Origin: an uncultured bacterium
GTDB lineage: Bacteria; Pseudomonadota; Gammaproteobacteria; Burkholderiales; SG8-39
Direction: 5' to 3'
DNA: 64,000 bases
NCBI GenBank assembly: GCA_965233185.1
Contig: CBDDSA010000199.1
Span: 595 to 64,594 of the forward strand
The translations under genes were made by a program, and so were the position numbers. The notes under the pieces were generated by a model. That model searched no databases. It saw only the letters and a list, made by a program, of their open reading frames with translations, and was not told the origin of the DNA. This document shows, piece after piece, positions 31,620-43,333 of this stretch (within the stretch, counting starts at the first letter, position 1; every line of letters begins with the position of its first letter).

Positions 31620-32668
31620 CGCGCCAGCTCCATGCAGCGCCCGGCCACGATGCGCGCCGCGTCGCGCTTGCCGAGGGCGCGCGCCTTGCGCGCCATGTCG
31701 AGCAGCCGGGGCCGATCCAGCGATTCGATCAGCGCGGCGAGCTTCCCGGCGGTCAGCTCCGTTTGCGCGACCAGGACCGCGGCGCCGGCATCGGCCAGGA
31801 AGCGCGCGTTGGCGGTCTGGTGGTCGTCCACCGCGAATGGGAAAGGGACCAGGATGCTCGCCATGCCGCCGGCGGAAAGCTCGGCGACGGTTACGGCGCC
31901 CGCGCGGCAGATGACGAGGTCGGCCGCGGCATAGCACCGCGCCATGTCGTCGATGAAGGCCACCAGCTCGCCCTGCACCCCCGCGTGCGCGTAATTGCCT
32001 CGCAATGCTTCGAGGTGCTTTTCGCCGGATTGGTGCACGACGAGCGGCTTGTCCTTAAGCAACGCCATGGCTTTGGGCATCGCCTCGTTCAGCGCCTGGG
32101 CGCCCAGGCTGCCGCCTACGACCAGGATGCGCAGCGGCCCGGTCCTCCCCAGGAAGCGCTCATCGGGAGCGGCCATCGACGCGATCTCGGCACGCACCGG
32201 GTTGCCGGTCCACTCCGCGTTCTTCAGCGCCCCCGGGAAAGCCACCATTACCTTGTCGCTGACCGTCGACAGCACGCGGTTGGCCAGACCTGCGACCGCA
32301 TTCTGCTCGTGCAGGGCGAGCGGCCGGTTGAGCAGCGAAGCCATCATGCCGCCCGGGAAGGCGACATAGCCGCCCAGCCCCAGGACGACGTCGGGGCGGA
32401 TGCGGCGCAGGTGGCGTGCGCTTTCCCAGAACGACAGGAGCAGGTTCGCCGGCAGGAGCAGCTTCTGCAGCAGCCCTTTGCCGCGCGCGGCGCGTGCGCG
32501 TATCCATGCGGTTTTATGGCCGCGCGGGGGCACCAGGCGCTCCTCCATCCCGCCTCGCGCGCCCATCCAGACGACATCCCAGCCCGCCGCGCGCATCTCC
32601 TCGGCTACCGCCAGCCCCGGGAAGATGTGGCCGCCGGTCCCGCCTGCCATGATGAGGATGGTCTTCAT
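31616..32668 (-). CDS. murG: UDP-N-acetylglucosamine--N-acetylmuramyl-(pentapeptide) pyrophosphoryl-undecaprenol GlcNAc transferase
   Basis: ATG at 32668 ([22 protein letters not shown]...). The start overlaps the ftsW stop (ATGA). Confidence 0.96.
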   Translation of the reverse strand: MKTILIMAGGTGGHIFPGLAVAEEMRAAGWDVVWMGARGGMEERLVPPRGHKTAWIRARAARGKGLLQKLLLPANLLLSFWESARHLRRIRPDVVLGLGGYVAFPGGMMASLLNRPLALHEQNAVAGLANRVLSTVSDKVMVAFPGALKNAEWTGNPVRAEIASMAAPDERFLGRTGPLRILVVGGSLGAQALNEAMPKAMALLKDKPLVVHQSGEKHLEALRGNYAHAGVQGELVAFIDDMARCYAAADLVICRAGAVTVAELSAGGMASILVPFPFAVDDHQTANARFLADAGAAVLVAQTELTAGKLAALIESLDRPRLLDMARKARALGKRDAARIVAGRCMELAR

Positions 32669-33828
32669 GCGTGCAGCCCTCGGGTGAGCTGGCGGTTTTC
32701 CCAATCGATGCGCAGCAGGATGGCGAGCGCCACGAAATTCACGACCAGGCCCGAACCGCCGTAGCTCATGAGCGGCAGGGTGAGGCCCTTGGTGGGCAGC
32801 AGGCCCATGTTGACGCCCATGTTGATCAGCGCCTGGAACGCGATCCACATGCCTATGCCCTGTGCCGCAAGCGCCGCGAAATGGCGCTCGTGCTGCGTGG
32901 CCTGGCGGCCGATGGCGAACGCGCGGGCCACGATCCATACGAAGCAGCCGATGACCAGCGCGACCCCCATGAAACCGAGCTCCTCGGCGATTACGGCGAG
33001 CAGGAAGTCGGTATGCGCCTCGGGCAGATAGAAAAGCTTCTCGATGCTCGCCCCGAGCCCCACCCCCAGCCACTCGCCCCGCCCGAACGCGATCAGAGAA
33101 TGCGACAGCTGGTAGCCCCGGCCGAAGGCGTCGGCCCAGGGATCCATGAAGCCGAAGATGCGCTGCATCCGGTATGGCGACGACAGCACCAGCAGGGCGA
33201 ATCCGAGGCCCAGCATGCCCACCAGCGCCGCAAAGTGTCGACCGTTCATGCCGCCGAGGAACAGGATGCCGAACGCGGTCACCGCTATGACCACGAAAGC
33301 GCCGAAATCCGGCTCGCGCAGCAGCAGCCAGGACACGAGCAACATGACGGCCAGCATGGGAAGCAGGCCTTTCTTGAAGCTCTTCATCACCGCGTGCTTG
33401 CGTACGGTGTAATCGGCGGCATAGAGCACCGCCGCGAGTTTCATCGCCTCGGAGGGCTGCAGGCTCGCCATCGGGACGTCCAGCCAGCGGCGCGCGCCGT
33501 TCACCTCGCGGCCGATGCCTGGCACCAGAACGAGCACCAGCAGCACGACGCAGCCCGCGAACACCCAGGGCGCCGCGATCTGCCAGAAACGCACCGGTGC
33601 GAGGAATACGGCTATAGCGGCGGCCATAGCGGCGCCCAGGTAGACGCCGTGGCGGGCGAGGTACCAGCCGGCGTTGTTCCCGGTGTAGCGGCTTGCCTCG
33701 GCTGTCGCGATGGAGGCCGAATACACCATTACCAGCCCGGTGGCGGCGAGCAGCAGCGCGGCCCATGCGAGCGAGCGGTCGTACTCCGCGCCCGGCGCGT
33801 TGCGCGCAAAAACGTAAGTCCGACTCAT
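32665..33828 (-). CDS. ftsW: Peptidoglycan glycosyltransferase FtsW (SEDS family)
   Basis: ATG at 33828 (MSRTYVF...). It is polytopic and carries SEDS motifs (...LPEAHTDF...SYGGSG...). Confidence 0.95.
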   Translation of the reverse strand: MSRTYVFARNAPGAEYDRSLAWAALLLAATGLVMVYSASIATAEASRYTGNNAGWYLARHGVYLGAAMAAAIAVFLAPVRFWQIAAPWVFAGCVVLLVLVLVPGIGREVNGARRWLDVPMASLQPSEAMKLAAVLYAADYTVRKHAVMKSFKKGLLPMLAVMLLVSWLLLREPDFGAFVVIAVTAFGILFLGGMNGRHFAALVGMLGLGFALLVLSSPYRMQRIFGFMDPWADAFGRGYQLSHSLIAFGRGEWLGVGLGASIEKLFYLPEAHTDFLLAVIAEELGFMGVALVIGCFVWIVARAFAIGRQATQHERHFAALAAQGIGMWIAFQALINMGVNMGLLPTKGLTLPLMSYGGSGLVVNFVALAILLRIDWENRQLTRGLHA

Positions 33829-35174
33829 TCGGGCAGCGCCTTCACAGCCGCGGCAAACGCATCGCCGCGATGCTTGTAGTCCCGGAACATGTCGAAGCTC
33901 GCGCATGCCGGCGAGAGCAGCACCACGTCGCCCGGCGCGGCATGGCGCGTCGCTTCTTCCACCGCGGCCTGCAGGGAGGCGCAGCGCGCGGTCGGCAGGC
34001 CGGCGAGCGCTGTTTCAATGAGCGGTGCGTCGCGTCCGATCAGCAGGCTTATCCGGCAAAAGCGCTCCACCGCATTTCGCAGCGGAGCGAAGTCCTGGCC
34101 TTTACCCTCGCCGCCGAGGATCAGGATGGTCGGCTTCGCCAGCCCGTTCAGGGCGGCGACCGTGGCGCCGACATTGGTGCCCTTCGAATCGTCGTACCAC
34201 TCGACGCCGCGACGCGTCGCCACTAGCTCTACCCGATGCGGCAGGCCAGCGAAGCTCGCCAGCCCTGCAGCCAGCACTTCCAGCGGCGCCACCACGCTCG
34301 CGAGCGCGCATGCCGCGAGCGCATTGGCGAGGTTGTGCCCGCCGTGGATCCGGAGCGCCGACGCGGGCATCAGCGGCAGCGCACCGCGATGCAGTACGCC
34401 GTCCACCACACCGAAATCCTGCGCCGAGGGTGGACTATCGAGGCCGAAGGTAATGGTGCGCACCCCCGGCCGCGCCATGGCGAGCGCCAGCGGGTCGTGC
34501 CGATTCAACACCTGTGTCGCCGCGCCCTCGAAGATGCGCGCCTTGGCGCGCGCATACGCGTTCAGCCCGGGGTAGCGATCCAGGTGGTCGTCGGTGATGT
34601 TGAGCAATCCCGCCGCCTGCGGACGCAGCGACCAGGTGGTTTCCAGCTGGTAGCTCGATAGCTCCAACGCCCAGACGGCGGGGCTTGCTTCCATCGCCGC
34701 CGCCAGCACCGGCGGACCGATGTTGCCCGCGACCGCGCAGTTCACGCCAGCCGTGCGCAGCAGATGTCCGAGGAGGGACGTCACGGTGGTTTTGCCGTTG
34801 GTGCCCGTCACCGCGAGCACCGGCGCGTAGTTGTGCCAGGCGAAGAGCTCCACATCACCCAGCACCGGCACGCCCCTGTGCAGTGCCTCGTCGATGACCG
34901 GCTCCTCCAGGGACAATCCGGGGCTCACGCAAACGAGGTCGACCCCTTCCAGCAGCGCCGCATCGAAAGGGCCGGTGCGCAGCTCGCCTGCGAAGTCCTT
35001 GCCTCTGGGCGGCGCAGCGCGGGTATCCGCGACGCGCGGCGTGCCGCCCTGCTTTTCGACCCAGCGCGCCACCGACAGCCCGGTGTCGCCCAGGCCGAGC
35101 ACGAGCACGCGCAAGCCGCGCAGCCCGCGCGGCGCCGGTCGGGGCAAAAGCGAGAACGCAGGCTCCCGCATCAT
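33825..35174 (-). CDS. murD: UDP-N-acetylmuramoylalanine--D-glutamate ligase
   Basis: ATG at 35174 (MMREPAF...[12 protein letters not shown]...VTGTNGKTT...). Confidence 0.95.
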   Translation of the reverse strand: MMREPAFSLLPRPAPRGLRGLRVLVLGLGDTGLSVARWVEKQGGTPRVADTRAAPPRGKDFAGELRTGPFDAALLEGVDLVCVSPGLSLEEPVIDEALHRGVPVLGDVELFAWHNYAPVLAVTGTNGKTTVTSLLGHLLRTAGVNCAVAGNIGPPVLAAAMEASPAVWALELSSYQLETTWSLRPQAAGLLNITDDHLDRYPGLNAYARAKARIFEGAATQVLNRHDPLALAMARPGVRTITFGLDSPPSAQDFGVVDGVLHRGALPLMPASALRIHGGHNLANALAACALASVVAPLEVLAAGLASFAGLPHRVELVATRRGVEWYDDSKGTNVGATVAALNGLAKPTILILGGEGKGQDFAPLRNAVERFCRISLLIGRDAPLIETALAGLPTARCASLQAAVEEATRHAAPGDVVLLSPACASFDMFRDYKHRGDAFAAAVKALPE

Positions 35175-36265
35175 CTGAGCTTGAGCGTCGACAAGCCGAA
35201 CAGCACCAGCATCATGGTGATGATCCAGAAGCGCACCACCACCTGGCTTTCCTTCCAGCCTTCGAGCTCGTAATGGTGATGCAGCGGCGCCATGCGGAAG
35301 ATGCGCTTGCCGCCCGAGTACCTGAAATAGATGACCTGAATCATCACCGAGAGCGTTTCGGCGACGAACACGCCTCCCATGATGAACAGGACGATCTCCT
35401 GTCGCACGATCACGGCGATCGTGCCCAGCGCAGCTCCGAGGGCGAGCGCGCCGACATCTCCCATGAATACTTCCGCCGGGTACGCGTTGAACCAGAGGAA
35501 TCCGAGGCCGGCGCCGGCCAGCGCACCACAGATGACCGCTAGCTCGCCGGCGCCCGGAATGTAAGGCAGCCCGAGGTACTTGGAGAACCCGGCATGGCCG
35601 GCGACGTACGCGAAGATGCCCAATGCGCTGCCCACCATGACCGTCGGCATGATCGCCAGGCCGTCGAGCCCGTCGGTGAGGTTGACGGCGTTGGAGGTGC
35701 CGACGATGACGAAGAACGTGAGCGCGATGAAGCCTACGATGCCCAGCGGGTAGGCGATATGCTTGAAGAACGGCACGATGAATTCGTTGAGCGAAGGCAT
35801 GCTCTGCGACAAGAAGCCCAGGTAGATGGCCGCGGACAGGCCGATCACTGACTGCCACAAGAACTTGGCCTTCGCCGACAGGCCTTTCGGATTGCGGTGC
35901 ACCACCTTGCGGTAGTCGTCCACCCAGCCGACCGTGCCGAAAGCAAGCGTTACCAGCAGCACGACCCACACCAGGCGGTTCGAGAGGTCGCCCCAGAGCA
36001 GCACCGTCACGCAGATGGAGACGAGGATCAGCGCGCCGCCCATGGTGGGGGTGCCGGCCTTGGTGAGGTGCGAGCGTGGTCCGTCGTCGCGCACCGCCTG
36101 GCCGATTTTGTAGGCCGTGAGCTTGCGTATGAAATACGGCCCGAGCACCAGCGAGACAGCGAGCGCCGTAAGGCAGGCGAGCACCGCGCGCAGCGTGATG
36201 TAGTTGAAGACGTTGAACAGGCGCACGTCTTTTGCCAGCCATTGCGCAAGCTCGAGGAGCATCAA
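35171..36265 (-). CDS. mraY: Phospho-N-acetylmuramoyl-pentapeptide transferase
   Basis: 364 aa, [27 protein letters not shown]...TPTMGG...NLTDGLDGL. Confidence 0.97.
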   Translation of the reverse strand: MMLLELAQWLAKDVRLFNVFNYITLRAVLACLTALAVSLVLGPYFIRKLTAYKIGQAVRDDGPRSHLTKAGTPTMGGALILVSICVTVLLWGDLSNRLVWVVLLVTLAFGTVGWVDDYRKVVHRNPKGLSAKAKFLWQSVIGLSAAIYLGFLSQSMPSLNEFIVPFFKHIAYPLGIVGFIALTFFVIVGTSNAVNLTDGLDGLAIMPTVMVGSALGIFAYVAGHAGFSKYLGLPYIPGAGELAVICGALAGAGLGFLWFNAYPAEVFMGDVGALALGAALGTIAVIVRQEIVLFIMGGVFVAETLSVMIQVIYFRYSGGKRIFRMAPLHHHYELEGWKESQVVVRFWIITMMLVLFGLSTLKLR

Positions 36266-37599
36266 TGCCCTCCCGTAAGTGCCGCCACCACGCGCTCCAT
36301 CTTCATGAAGCGCGACCCCTTCACCAGGATGCTGCTTCCCGTTACGTGGGGCAGCAGGTCCTCCACCCGGGCGAAATGGCGTGCGCCCGGGCCGAACGCC
36401 TCGACCGCGTGGCGCGTCGCCTCGCCCAGCGCAAGAAGCGCGGAGATACTCTTGGTCTTCGCATAGGCGCCGACCTCGCGGTGAAAATCGCGGCCGTGCT
36501 CGCCGACTTCGCCCATGTCACCGAGCACCAGCACGGTGGGCCCCGGGCACGCGGCGAGCACGTCGATCGCCGCCCGCACCGAGTCGGGGTTGGCGTTATA
36601 CGTATCGTCGATCAGCGTGGCGCCTGCGCGCGTCTTCCTCACCTGAAGGCGACCCGAGTAGGGCCGGAAAGCGCTCAGCCCCTCGCCGATCGCCTCGGGC
36701 GCGACACCGGCGGCGACCGCGCATGCCGCCGCGGCGAGGGCGTTTCTTACGTTGTGCAATCCCGGGATGGCGAGCGTCGCCTGCGCTTCGCCGCCGGGGG
36801 TGCGGATCGCCAGCTCGCTGGTGAGCGCCGCGAGCGCGTAGCGCGCGGTTACGGCAGCTTTGCCTTCGATGCTGAAATCGATTACCCGGCGGCTACCGGC
36901 GCGCGCGCGGAAAAAGGCTGCCTGCGGGTCGTCTGCGTTCACGACCGCGACGCCCTGTGCCGCCAACGCCTCGTATACGCAGGCGTTTTCAGCCGCCACC
37001 TCCTCGACCGAGCGCATGAACTCGAGGTGCTCGCGCTGCGCGTTGTTTACCAGCGCCACGGTCGGCCGGGCGAGGGCCGCGAGGTACGCAATTTCGCCCT
37101 TGTGATTCATGCCGAGCTCGATCGCGCACCACCGGTGCGCCTCGCGCATGCTCAGCAGCGTGAGCGGCACACCGATGTCGTTGTTGAGGTTGCCGCGCGT
37201 GGCGAGCACCGCGTCCGCCCCGGCGTGCGCCCGCAGGATCGCGGCCAGCATCTCCTTCACCGTGGTCTTGCCGTTGGAACCGGTCACGGCGATGAGCGCC
37301 GGGCCGAAGCGCGCGCGCCAGTCCCGAGCGAGCTGGCCGAGCGCCAGCCGCGTGTCCTCCACGATGGCCACCGGCAGGGGGAACTCGCCCGCATAGCTTC
37401 GATCGACGAGCGCAGCGGCCGCATTGCCGGCGGCGGCCTCCTTCAGGAAGCGGTGCGCGTCGAAGCGCTCGCCCCGCAGGGCGACAAAAAGGTCGGCGGC
37501 CCGCAAGGTGCGCGTGTCGGTCGACACGCCGGCGAAGCGGGCGTTTGCACCGCTCAGGCGGCCGCCGAGCACGCGGACCGCTTCAGCGAGGTCCATCAT
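36262..37599 (-). CDS. murF: UDP-N-acetylmuramoyl-tripeptide--D-alanyl-D-alanine ligase
   Basis: 445 aa, ...[13 protein letters not shown]..., in the dcw position. Confidence 0.95.
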   Translation of the reverse strand: MMDLAEAVRVLGGRLSGANARFAGVSTDTRTLRAADLFVALRGERFDAHRFLKEAAAGNAAAALVDRSYAGEFPLPVAIVEDTRLALGQLARDWRARFGPALIAVTGSNGKTTVKEMLAAILRAHAGADAVLATRGNLNNDIGVPLTLLSMREAHRWCAIELGMNHKGEIAYLAALARPTVALVNNAQREHLEFMRSVEEVAAENACVYEALAAQGVAVVNADDPQAAFFRARAGSRRVIDFSIEGKAAVTARYALAALTSELAIRTPGGEAQATLAIPGLHNVRNALAAAACAVAAGVAPEAIGEGLSAFRPYSGRLQVRKTRAGATLIDDTYNANPDSVRAAIDVLAACPGPTVLVLGDMGEVGEHGRDFHREVGAYAKTKSISALLALGEATRHAVEAFGPGARHFARVEDLLPHVTGSSILVKGSRFMKMERVVAALTGGH

Positions 37600-39062
37600 G
37601 CGCCGCCCCGCCGCGCGAGGGCCCGGCGCGCCACCTGGGCATCCGAGAAAGGCAGCCGGCGGCCCGCGATTTCCTGATAGCTCTCGTGCCCCTTGCCCGC
37701 GATCAAAACGACGTCGGCCGCGTGCGCCTGCGAAATCGCGAGCTCGATGGCGTGCGCACGATCGGCTTCGATCTCATGCGGCCGGTCGATGCCCTTTGCG
37801 ACCTGCGAGATGATATCCAGGGGCGCTTCGCTGCGCGGATTGTCGGAGGTGACGACTATGCGATCGGCGAGCCGTGCGGCAACCGCGCCCATCAGCGGCC
37901 GCTTGGCCGGGTCGCGGTCGCCCCCGGCGCCGAACACCGCGACGAGGCTGCCGCCGCGCTGGGCGACCACCGGGCGCAGCGCCTGGAGCACTTTCTCGAG
38001 CGCATCGGGGGTATGCGCATAGTCGATCACGGCGAGCGGCCGCTCGCCGACCGGTTCCATGCGTCCCGGCACCGGCGGCAGCTGCGCCAGACGCTCGATG
38101 GCCTGCTCGAAAGGCATGCCCTGAGCCACAAGGCAACCGAGCACGCCGAGCGCGTTGGCCAGGTTGAAGCGGCCGAGCTGGTTGACCCGGGCGCTGGCAC
38201 GGCCCCAGCTCGATTCGAGGTCCATCTCCCCGCTGGTGCTACGCGCGGCGGCGATGAACTCGCGGCTTGCGTTGCGCACGCCCGAAAGCGAATAGCCGAT
38301 GATGCGAAGGCCGCGCTTTTCGAGACGGCGCGCAATCTGGACTCCGACCACGTCGTCCATGTTGAGCACCGCGGCCGACAGCCCGGGGCTGTCGAACAGC
38401 CGCGCCTTCGCCTCGGCATACGCCTCCATGCTGCCGTGGTAGTCGAGGTGGTCGTGCGACAGGTTGGTAAAGAGCGCGCAATCGAAAGCGACGCCGTTTA
38501 CGCGGCCCTGCACGAGGCCGTGCGAGGACACTTCCATCACAGCGGCTTTGGCGCCCTGCGCGCGGAGGTCTTTCAGGATCCCGTGGACTTCCAGCGCATC
38601 CGGCGTGGTGTTGGGCACTTCCGCAAGCGCGCCCGGAAAGCCGGCCCCCAACGTCCCAATCACCCCGGCCTTCGCCCCTGAGGCCGACAGCGCCGCCGCG
38701 ATCCACTGGCTGCATGAAGTCTTGCCGTTGGTGCCCGTCACACCGCATATCCAGAGCGATTCCGACGGACGGCCGTAGAAGTCGTGCGCGAGCGAGCCGG
38801 CCTGCTGCTTCAGGCCTGGAACCGCGACGTTGGGCACGCGCCATTCCGCTCGCCATGCGAAGCCGTCGTCGTCCCATAGCACGGCCGAGGCGCCCCGCGC
38901 GATGGCGTCGGCAATGTGCATGCGGCCGTCCGCCGCCTCACCCGGATAGGCGAGGAACGCCACGCCGGGCGAGCAGCGTCGGCTGTCGCAGGACAGACGC
39001 TCGATCATCGCGCCCTGGGAAGCGAGCCGCCGGAGTAGCTGCGCGGTATCCACGTTGTGCAC
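37596..39062 (-). CDS. murE: UDP-N-acetylmuramoyl-L-alanyl-D-glutamate--2,6-diaminopimelate ligase
   Basis: The GTG at 39062 lies 8 nt after the ftsI stop (VHNVDTAQLLRRL...[10 protein letters not shown]...DNPR). The alternative GTG at 39053 is also possible. Confidence 0.92.
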   Translation of the reverse strand: MHNVDTAQLLRRLASQGAMIERLSCDSRRCSPGVAFLAYPGEAADGRMHIADAIARGASAVLWDDDGFAWRAEWRVPNVAVPGLKQQAGSLAHDFYGRPSESLWICGVTGTNGKTSCSQWIAAALSASGAKAGVIGTLGAGFPGALAEVPNTTPDALEVHGILKDLRAQGAKAAVMEVSSHGLVQGRVNGVAFDCALFTNLSHDHLDYHGSMEAYAEAKARLFDSPGLSAAVLNMDDVVGVQIARRLEKRGLRIIGYSLSGVRNASREFIAAARSTSGEMDLESSWGRASARVNQLGRFNLANALGVLGCLVAQGMPFEQAIERLAQLPPVPGRMEPVGERPLAVIDYAHTPDALEKVLQALRPVVAQRGGSLVAVFGAGGDRDPAKRPLMGAVAARLADRIVVTSDNPRSEAPLDIISQVAKGIDRPHEIEADRAHAIELAISQAHAADVVLIAGKGHESYQEIAGRRLPFSDAQVARRALARRGGA

Positions 39063-39069
39063 CCGAGTC

Positions 39070-40794
39070 TCAAGTGCTTTCCTTAAGTTCCTCGCCTTCG
39101 CCCGGGAACGGAACGGGCTCGAGCGGCGCGTCGTGCGGCGCATTCAGCATGCGCAGCGCTCCCTGCATTACCTGGGCGAATACCGGCGCAGCGACCGCTC
39201 CGCCGTAGTGCTGGCCGGCGGCCGGCTCGTCGATCATCACCGCGATCACCAGGCGCGGCGCCGAAGCCGGTGCAAAGCCCACGAAAGACGAGAGATATTT
39301 GTCCGCCGCGTAGCTGCCGTTTTCCGGCTTGTGCGCTGTACCGGTCTTGCCGGCAACGCGCCAGCCCATGATGCGGGCCCGCGGGCCCGTGCCGCCCGGC
39401 TGCACCGCGAGCTCCAGCATGGCGCGCACGGCGCGTGCAGTCTCCGCGGAAAGCACCTTGTCGCCGCTGGTGGCCGTGCTGGTTTTGACCAGCGTCAGGG
39501 GTACCAATTCCCCGTCGCGCGCGAACACGGTATAGGCGCGCGCTAGCTGCACCAGACTCAGGGAGATACCGTGACCATAGGCCATCGTCGCCTGCTCGAT
39601 CGGACGCCAGCTGCGGTAGTGGCGCACCCGGCCCGCCGCGGCGCCCGGGAAACCGAGCTCCGGGACTTCGCCGAAGCCCACGCGCCGGTAAAGGTCCCAC
39701 ATCGCTTCCCGCGGCATCGCCAGCGCCAGCTTGGCCGAACCGACATTGGATGATTTCTGGATCACCTCGGCCACGGTTAGGGCGGCGGCCGGATGGACAT
39801 CCCGGATCGTGTAATTGGAGAACACCAGCCGTCCGGCGTCTGTGGCCACCACGGTCGAGGGCCGTACCTTGCCGGTTTCCAAGGCGAGCGCCACCGTGAA
39901 CGGCTTGAGCGTCGAGCCCGGCTCGAACAGGTCCGTGACCGCGCGGTTGCGCAGCTGCGCGCCCGTCAGCCGCGCCCGGTTGTTCGGGTTGAACGAGGGC
40001 ACGTTGGCGAGGGCCAGGATTTCACCGGTGCGCACGTCGAGCGCGACCAGCGCGCCCGCCTTGGCCCTATGCTGGGAGACGGCGGCCTTGAGCGCCCCGA
40101 ACGCCAGGCTTTGCAGCTTGCCGTCGATGGACAACGCGAGGTCACGGCCGTCCTGGGCCGAGCGTATCGATTCCACATCCTCGACCACCTGCCCGCGGCG
40201 ATCCCGGATGACGCGCCGGCTACCCGGCTTGCCGCGCAGGTGCTGCTGAAACGCCAGCTCGACGCCTTCCTGGCCTGCGTCCTCCACATCGGTGAAGCCG
40301 ATCACGTGAGCGGTCACTTCGCCGCCGGGATAGTAGCGTCGGAACTCGCGGTGCTGATGAATGCCTTGCAAGCCCAGGGCGGCGACCGTATCGGCGGTTT
40401 GCGGCGACACCTGGCGCTTGAGATACACGAAGTCGCGCTGGTCGTCAGCGAGCTTGCGCTGCAACTCGCCCGGCTCCATGCCCAGCGCCTTGGACAGGCT
40501 CGCGCGCTGCGGCCGCGATAGCTGTGCATCGGCCGGAATCGCCCAGATCGACTTCACCGGCGTGGATACGGCCAGCGCGTCGCCATGGCGATCGAGGATC
40601 CTGCCGCGGGTGGCAGGCACCTCGATGACGCGCGAGTAGCGCGCGTCGCCCTTTTCCTGGAGAAAGTCGGTCCTGAGCGCCTGCAGGTAGAGCGAGCGCG
40701 CGACGAGCACGCCGAAGGCAAGCAGCAAGAGCCCGAGCACGAAACGCGCGCGCCACACCGGCAGCCGCACCAGTCCTTGCGTCGCCGCGCTCAC
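39070..40794 (-). CDS. ftsI: Peptidoglycan D,D-transpeptidase FtsI (PBP3)
   Basis: 574 aa with an N-terminal TM segment and the motifs STLKP, SSN and KTGT. Confidence 0.96.
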   Translation of the reverse strand: MSAATQGLVRLPVWRARFVLGLLLLAFGVLVARSLYLQALRTDFLQEKGDARYSRVIEVPATRGRILDRHGDALAVSTPVKSIWAIPADAQLSRPQRASLSKALGMEPGELQRKLADDQRDFVYLKRQVSPQTADTVAALGLQGIHQHREFRRYYPGGEVTAHVIGFTDVEDAGQEGVELAFQQHLRGKPGSRRVIRDRRGQVVEDVESIRSAQDGRDLALSIDGKLQSLAFGALKAAVSQHRAKAGALVALDVRTGEILALANVPSFNPNNRARLTGAQLRNRAVTDLFEPGSTLKPFTVALALETGKVRPSTVVATDAGRLVFSNYTIRDVHPAAALTVAEVIQKSSNVGSAKLALAMPREAMWDLYRRVGFGEVPELGFPGAAAGRVRHYRSWRPIEQATMAYGHGISLSLVQLARAYTVFARDGELVPLTLVKTSTATSGDKVLSAETARAVRAMLELAVQPGGTGPRARIMGWRVAGKTGTAHKPENGSYAADKYLSSFVGFAPASAPRLVIAVMIDEPAAGQHYGGAVAAPVFAQVMQGALRMLNAPHDAPLEPVPFPGEGEELKEST

Positions 40795-41057
40795 TGCTTG
40801 GGAATCACCATCCGCACGCGCCGCGGATCCGGCGTGCGCATGCCTAGGGCCGAAACAGCGATTTTCTCCACCCGGCGATGCAGGCCCCAGGTGCTCGCCT
40901 CCAGCTGCAGCTGTCCGTGCTCGATGTCGAGCTCGCGGGCGCGCCCCTGCTCGCGCTCGAGGTCGGTGAACAGCTTCCTCGCCTTGTGCTGAGAAGTGAC
41001 GAGCCCGAGCGCGCAGGCGACGAGAACCGCGAGGAGGAGGAGGTTCAGTTTCGCCAC
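40791..41057 (-). CDS. ftsL: Cell division protein FtsL
   Basis: 88 aa with a single TM segment and a coiled coil. It sits between rsmH and ftsI. Confidence 0.9.
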   Translation of the reverse strand: MAKLNLLLLAVLVACALGLVTSQHKARKLFTDLEREQGRARELDIEHGQLQLEASTWGLHRRVEKIAVSALGMRTPDPRRVRMVIPKQ

Positions 41058-41995
41058 CGCGCGCCGGGCTCGATTCGGTTGACTGGGGTATAGGGAGTCG
41101 CGGTGCGCTCGGCCACCCGTAGCGTGGCGCTGCGCGCGCGCGGATTGGATCTCATCTCATCCTCGGTTGGCCGCACCGGGCGGCCCACCAGCTTGAGGGC
41201 GGGTTGTGGCATTTCGCTGGCGCGCAAAGGCAAGCGGCGAGGCACTTCGGGCCGCGCCAGCGCCTGCATGAAGCGCTTGACGGCGCGATCCTCGAGCGAA
41301 TGAAAGCTGACCACCGCCAGGCGGCCGCCGGCGGCCAGACGTGAAACCGCCTGGGGCAGCATCAGCGACACTTCCTCAAGCTCCCGATTGATGTGAATCC
41401 GTAAAGCCTGAAAGGTGCGCGTCGCCGGATTCTGGCCCGGCTCGCGTGTGCGGACCGCCTTTGCCACGAGATCGGCCAGTTGGCGAGTGCGGAGGATGGG
41501 CTCGCTGCCGCGCGCAGCAACAATCGCCGCTGCAATCTGTTTAGCAAACCGTTCTTCGCCATAATCCCGGATGACCTCCCTGATTTCTTCTTCTTTTGCT
41601 TCGGCGAGCCATTGCGCCGCGGTGGCTCCCGCGGTCGGGTCCATGCGCATGTCGAGCGGTGCGTCCGCACGGAACGAGAACCCGCGCGCTGCCTCGTCCA
41701 GCTGCGGCGAGGAGACCCCCAGGTCGAACAGCATTCCCTGCACCTCCACGGGAACCGCTTGCGAGAGCTGGGAGAAGCGCAGATGGAAGAAGGAGAACCG
41801 CCGATCGCGGATGGCGCGCGCCGCTTCGGCCGCCTGCGGATCGCGGTCCAGGGCAATCAAGCGGCCGCGCGGGCCGAGCTGCTCCAGGATTGCCCGGCTG
41901 TGGCCACCACGGCCGAACGTGCCGTCGACGTAGGTACCGTCCGCCCGGATGGCGAGCGCGGCCAGACATTGTGCAGTCAGCACCGGGGTGTGCAC
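41045..41995 (-). CDS. rsmH: 16S rRNA (cytosine1402-N4)-methyltransferase
   Basis: 316 aa, [11 protein letters not shown]...[12 protein letters not shown]...[12 protein letters not shown]. Confidence 0.96.
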   Translation of the reverse strand: MHTPVLTAQCLAALAIRADGTYVDGTFGRGGHSRAILEQLGPRGRLIALDRDPQAAEAARAIRDRRFSFFHLRFSQLSQAVPVEVQGMLFDLGVSSPQLDEAARGFSFRADAPLDMRMDPTAGATAAQWLAEAKEEEIREVIRDYGEERFAKQIAAAIVAARGSEPILRTRQLADLVAKAVRTREPGQNPATRTFQALRIHINRELEEVSLMLPQAVSRLAAGGRLAVVSFHSLEDRAVKRFMQALARPEVPRRLPLRASEMPQPALKLVGRPVRPTEDEMRSNPRARSATLRVAERTATPYTPVNRIEPGARWRN

Positions 41996-42004
41996 GGTCC
42001 TCGC

Positions 42005-42454
42005 TCACAGGGAAAAGTCCTCCATGCCCGGCGGAGGTGCCGCCGCACCGGCTAGCGCCTGGCCGAGCTTGGTGGACCACACCGCGGAATCCCATAGCTC
42101 GAAGTAGCGCCCCTGGCCGACCATCATCGCTTCCCGCTCGAGCTTCGCGTGCAGGCGCAGGGCGGGCGACAGCAGCACGCGGCCCGAGCCGTCCGGGCTG
42201 ACATGCTCTTCCATGCCGAGCAGCAGGCGCTTCCACCAGCTCGCCTGGGCGTTGAAGCTGGGAAACGATTCAACCCGGGCGCGCACCGGCTCCCATGCGC
42301 TTTCGGGGTAGATCAGGACGCAGCCCTCGGGATGGGCGCTGAGAACCAGGGTTTGCGCGCCGTCGAGCAGCGCGGTGCGATGGCGAGTCGGAATGGCGAC
42401 GCGGCCCTTTGCGTCGAGCGTGATAACCGCAGCGCCGTGAAACCCTCCGCCCAT
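42005..42454 (-). CDS. mraZ: Transcriptional regulator MraZ
   Basis: ATG at 42454 (MGGGFHGAAVITLDAKGRVAIPTRHR...). It has two SpoVT/AbrB-like repeats. The longer TTG start at 42502 would read through the operator repeats. Confidence 0.92.
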   Translation of the reverse strand: MGGGFHGAAVITLDAKGRVAIPTRHRTALLDGAQTLVLSAHPEGCVLIYPESAWEPVRARVESFPSFNAQASWWKRLLLGMEEHVSPDGSGRVLLSPALRLHAKLEREAMMVGQGRYFELWDSAVWSTKLGQALAGAAAPPPGMEDFSL

Positions 42455-42464
42455 TCGGCTCTTA

Positions 42465-42494
42465 TTCCCACTTTTTGCTACGTTTTGCCACTTT
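42465..42494 (-). promoter_or_regulatory. Three tandem 10-nt repeats, candidate MraZ operator
   Basis: The minus strand reads AAAGTGGCAA / AACGTAGCAA / AAAGTGGGAA with exact 10-nt phasing. The repeats lie 11-40 nt upstream of the mraZ ATG. They resemble the GTGGG-type direct repeats bound by MraZ in E. coli. Confidence 0.5.
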
Positions 42495-42518
42495 ACGGAC
42501 AAAGGCCGCGTGGGTCAA
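42490..42518 (-). promoter_or_regulatory. Candidate sigma70 promoter of the dcw (mra) operon
   Basis: On the minus strand there is TTGACC (42518..42513), a 17-nt spacer, then TAAAGT (42495..42490). The -10 overlaps the first operator repeat. Confidence 0.45.
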
Positions 42519-42673
42519 GCAGGTTTCCTTAAAAACAACAAGTACTTAGCGCGGCTTTTGGGTTCACGATTGTGTATGCCAAATGGTCTTAGCATTCAAC
42601 CGCTTAATCAGGGCAATGAAGGTGATTCCTGAAGTGAGGCGGGCAGACCGCGAGTGCCATAATTCACGGCACG

Positions 42674-43333
42674 ATGATCAACAAGTTCGTACCCAACCCG
42701 GAAACGGCCCTCGCCGACGTACCCGATGGTGCGACGGTGATGATTCACGGTTTCGGCAATGCGGGCATGCCCGCCGCGCTGATTGACGCGCTGATCGTGC
42801 AAGGCGCCCGGGACCTCACCATCGTCAACAACAACGCGGGCAACGGCGATACCGGCCTCGCCGCGCTCATCAAGGCGCGGCGCGTGCGCAAGATCCTTTG
42901 CTCCTTTCCGCGGCAAGCCGACTCCTGGCATTTCGATGCGCAATACCGCGCCGGGGAGATCGAGCTCGAGCTGGTGCCGCAAGGCACGCTTGCCGAGCGC
43001 ATCCGGGCGGGAGGCGCCGGCATCGGCGCCTTCTATACGCCCACGGCGTATGGCACGAAGCTCGCGGAAGGCAAGGAGACGCGCCGCATCGGCGATCGCG
43101 ACTACGTGCTCGAATATCCCATCCAGGCCGATTACGCGCTCATCAAGGCCGACCGCGCCGATCGCTGGGGCAACCTGACTTATCGCAAGAGCGCGCGCAA
43201 TTTCGGCCCCATCATGGCGGCCGCCGCCAGGACCACGGTAGCGCAGGTGCGCGAGATCGTAGAATTGGGCGACCTTGATCCGGAAGCCATCATCACCCCG
43301 GGTATCTTCGTGAAACGCATAGTGAAGCACTGA
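42674..43333 (+). CDS. 3-oxoacid CoA-transferase subunit A
   Basis: 219 aa, MINKFVPNPETALADVPDGATVMIHGFGNAGMP...ELVPQGTLAERIRAGGAGI.... Confidence 0.92.
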   Translation: MINKFVPNPETALADVPDGATVMIHGFGNAGMPAALIDALIVQGARDLTIVNNNAGNGDTGLAALIKARRVRKILCSFPRQADSWHFDAQYRAGEIELELVPQGTLAERIRAGGAGIGAFYTPTAYGTKLAEGKETRRIGDRDYVLEYPIQADYALIKADRADRWGNLTYRKSARNFGPIMAAAARTTVAQVREIVELGDLDPEAIITPGIFVKRIVKH

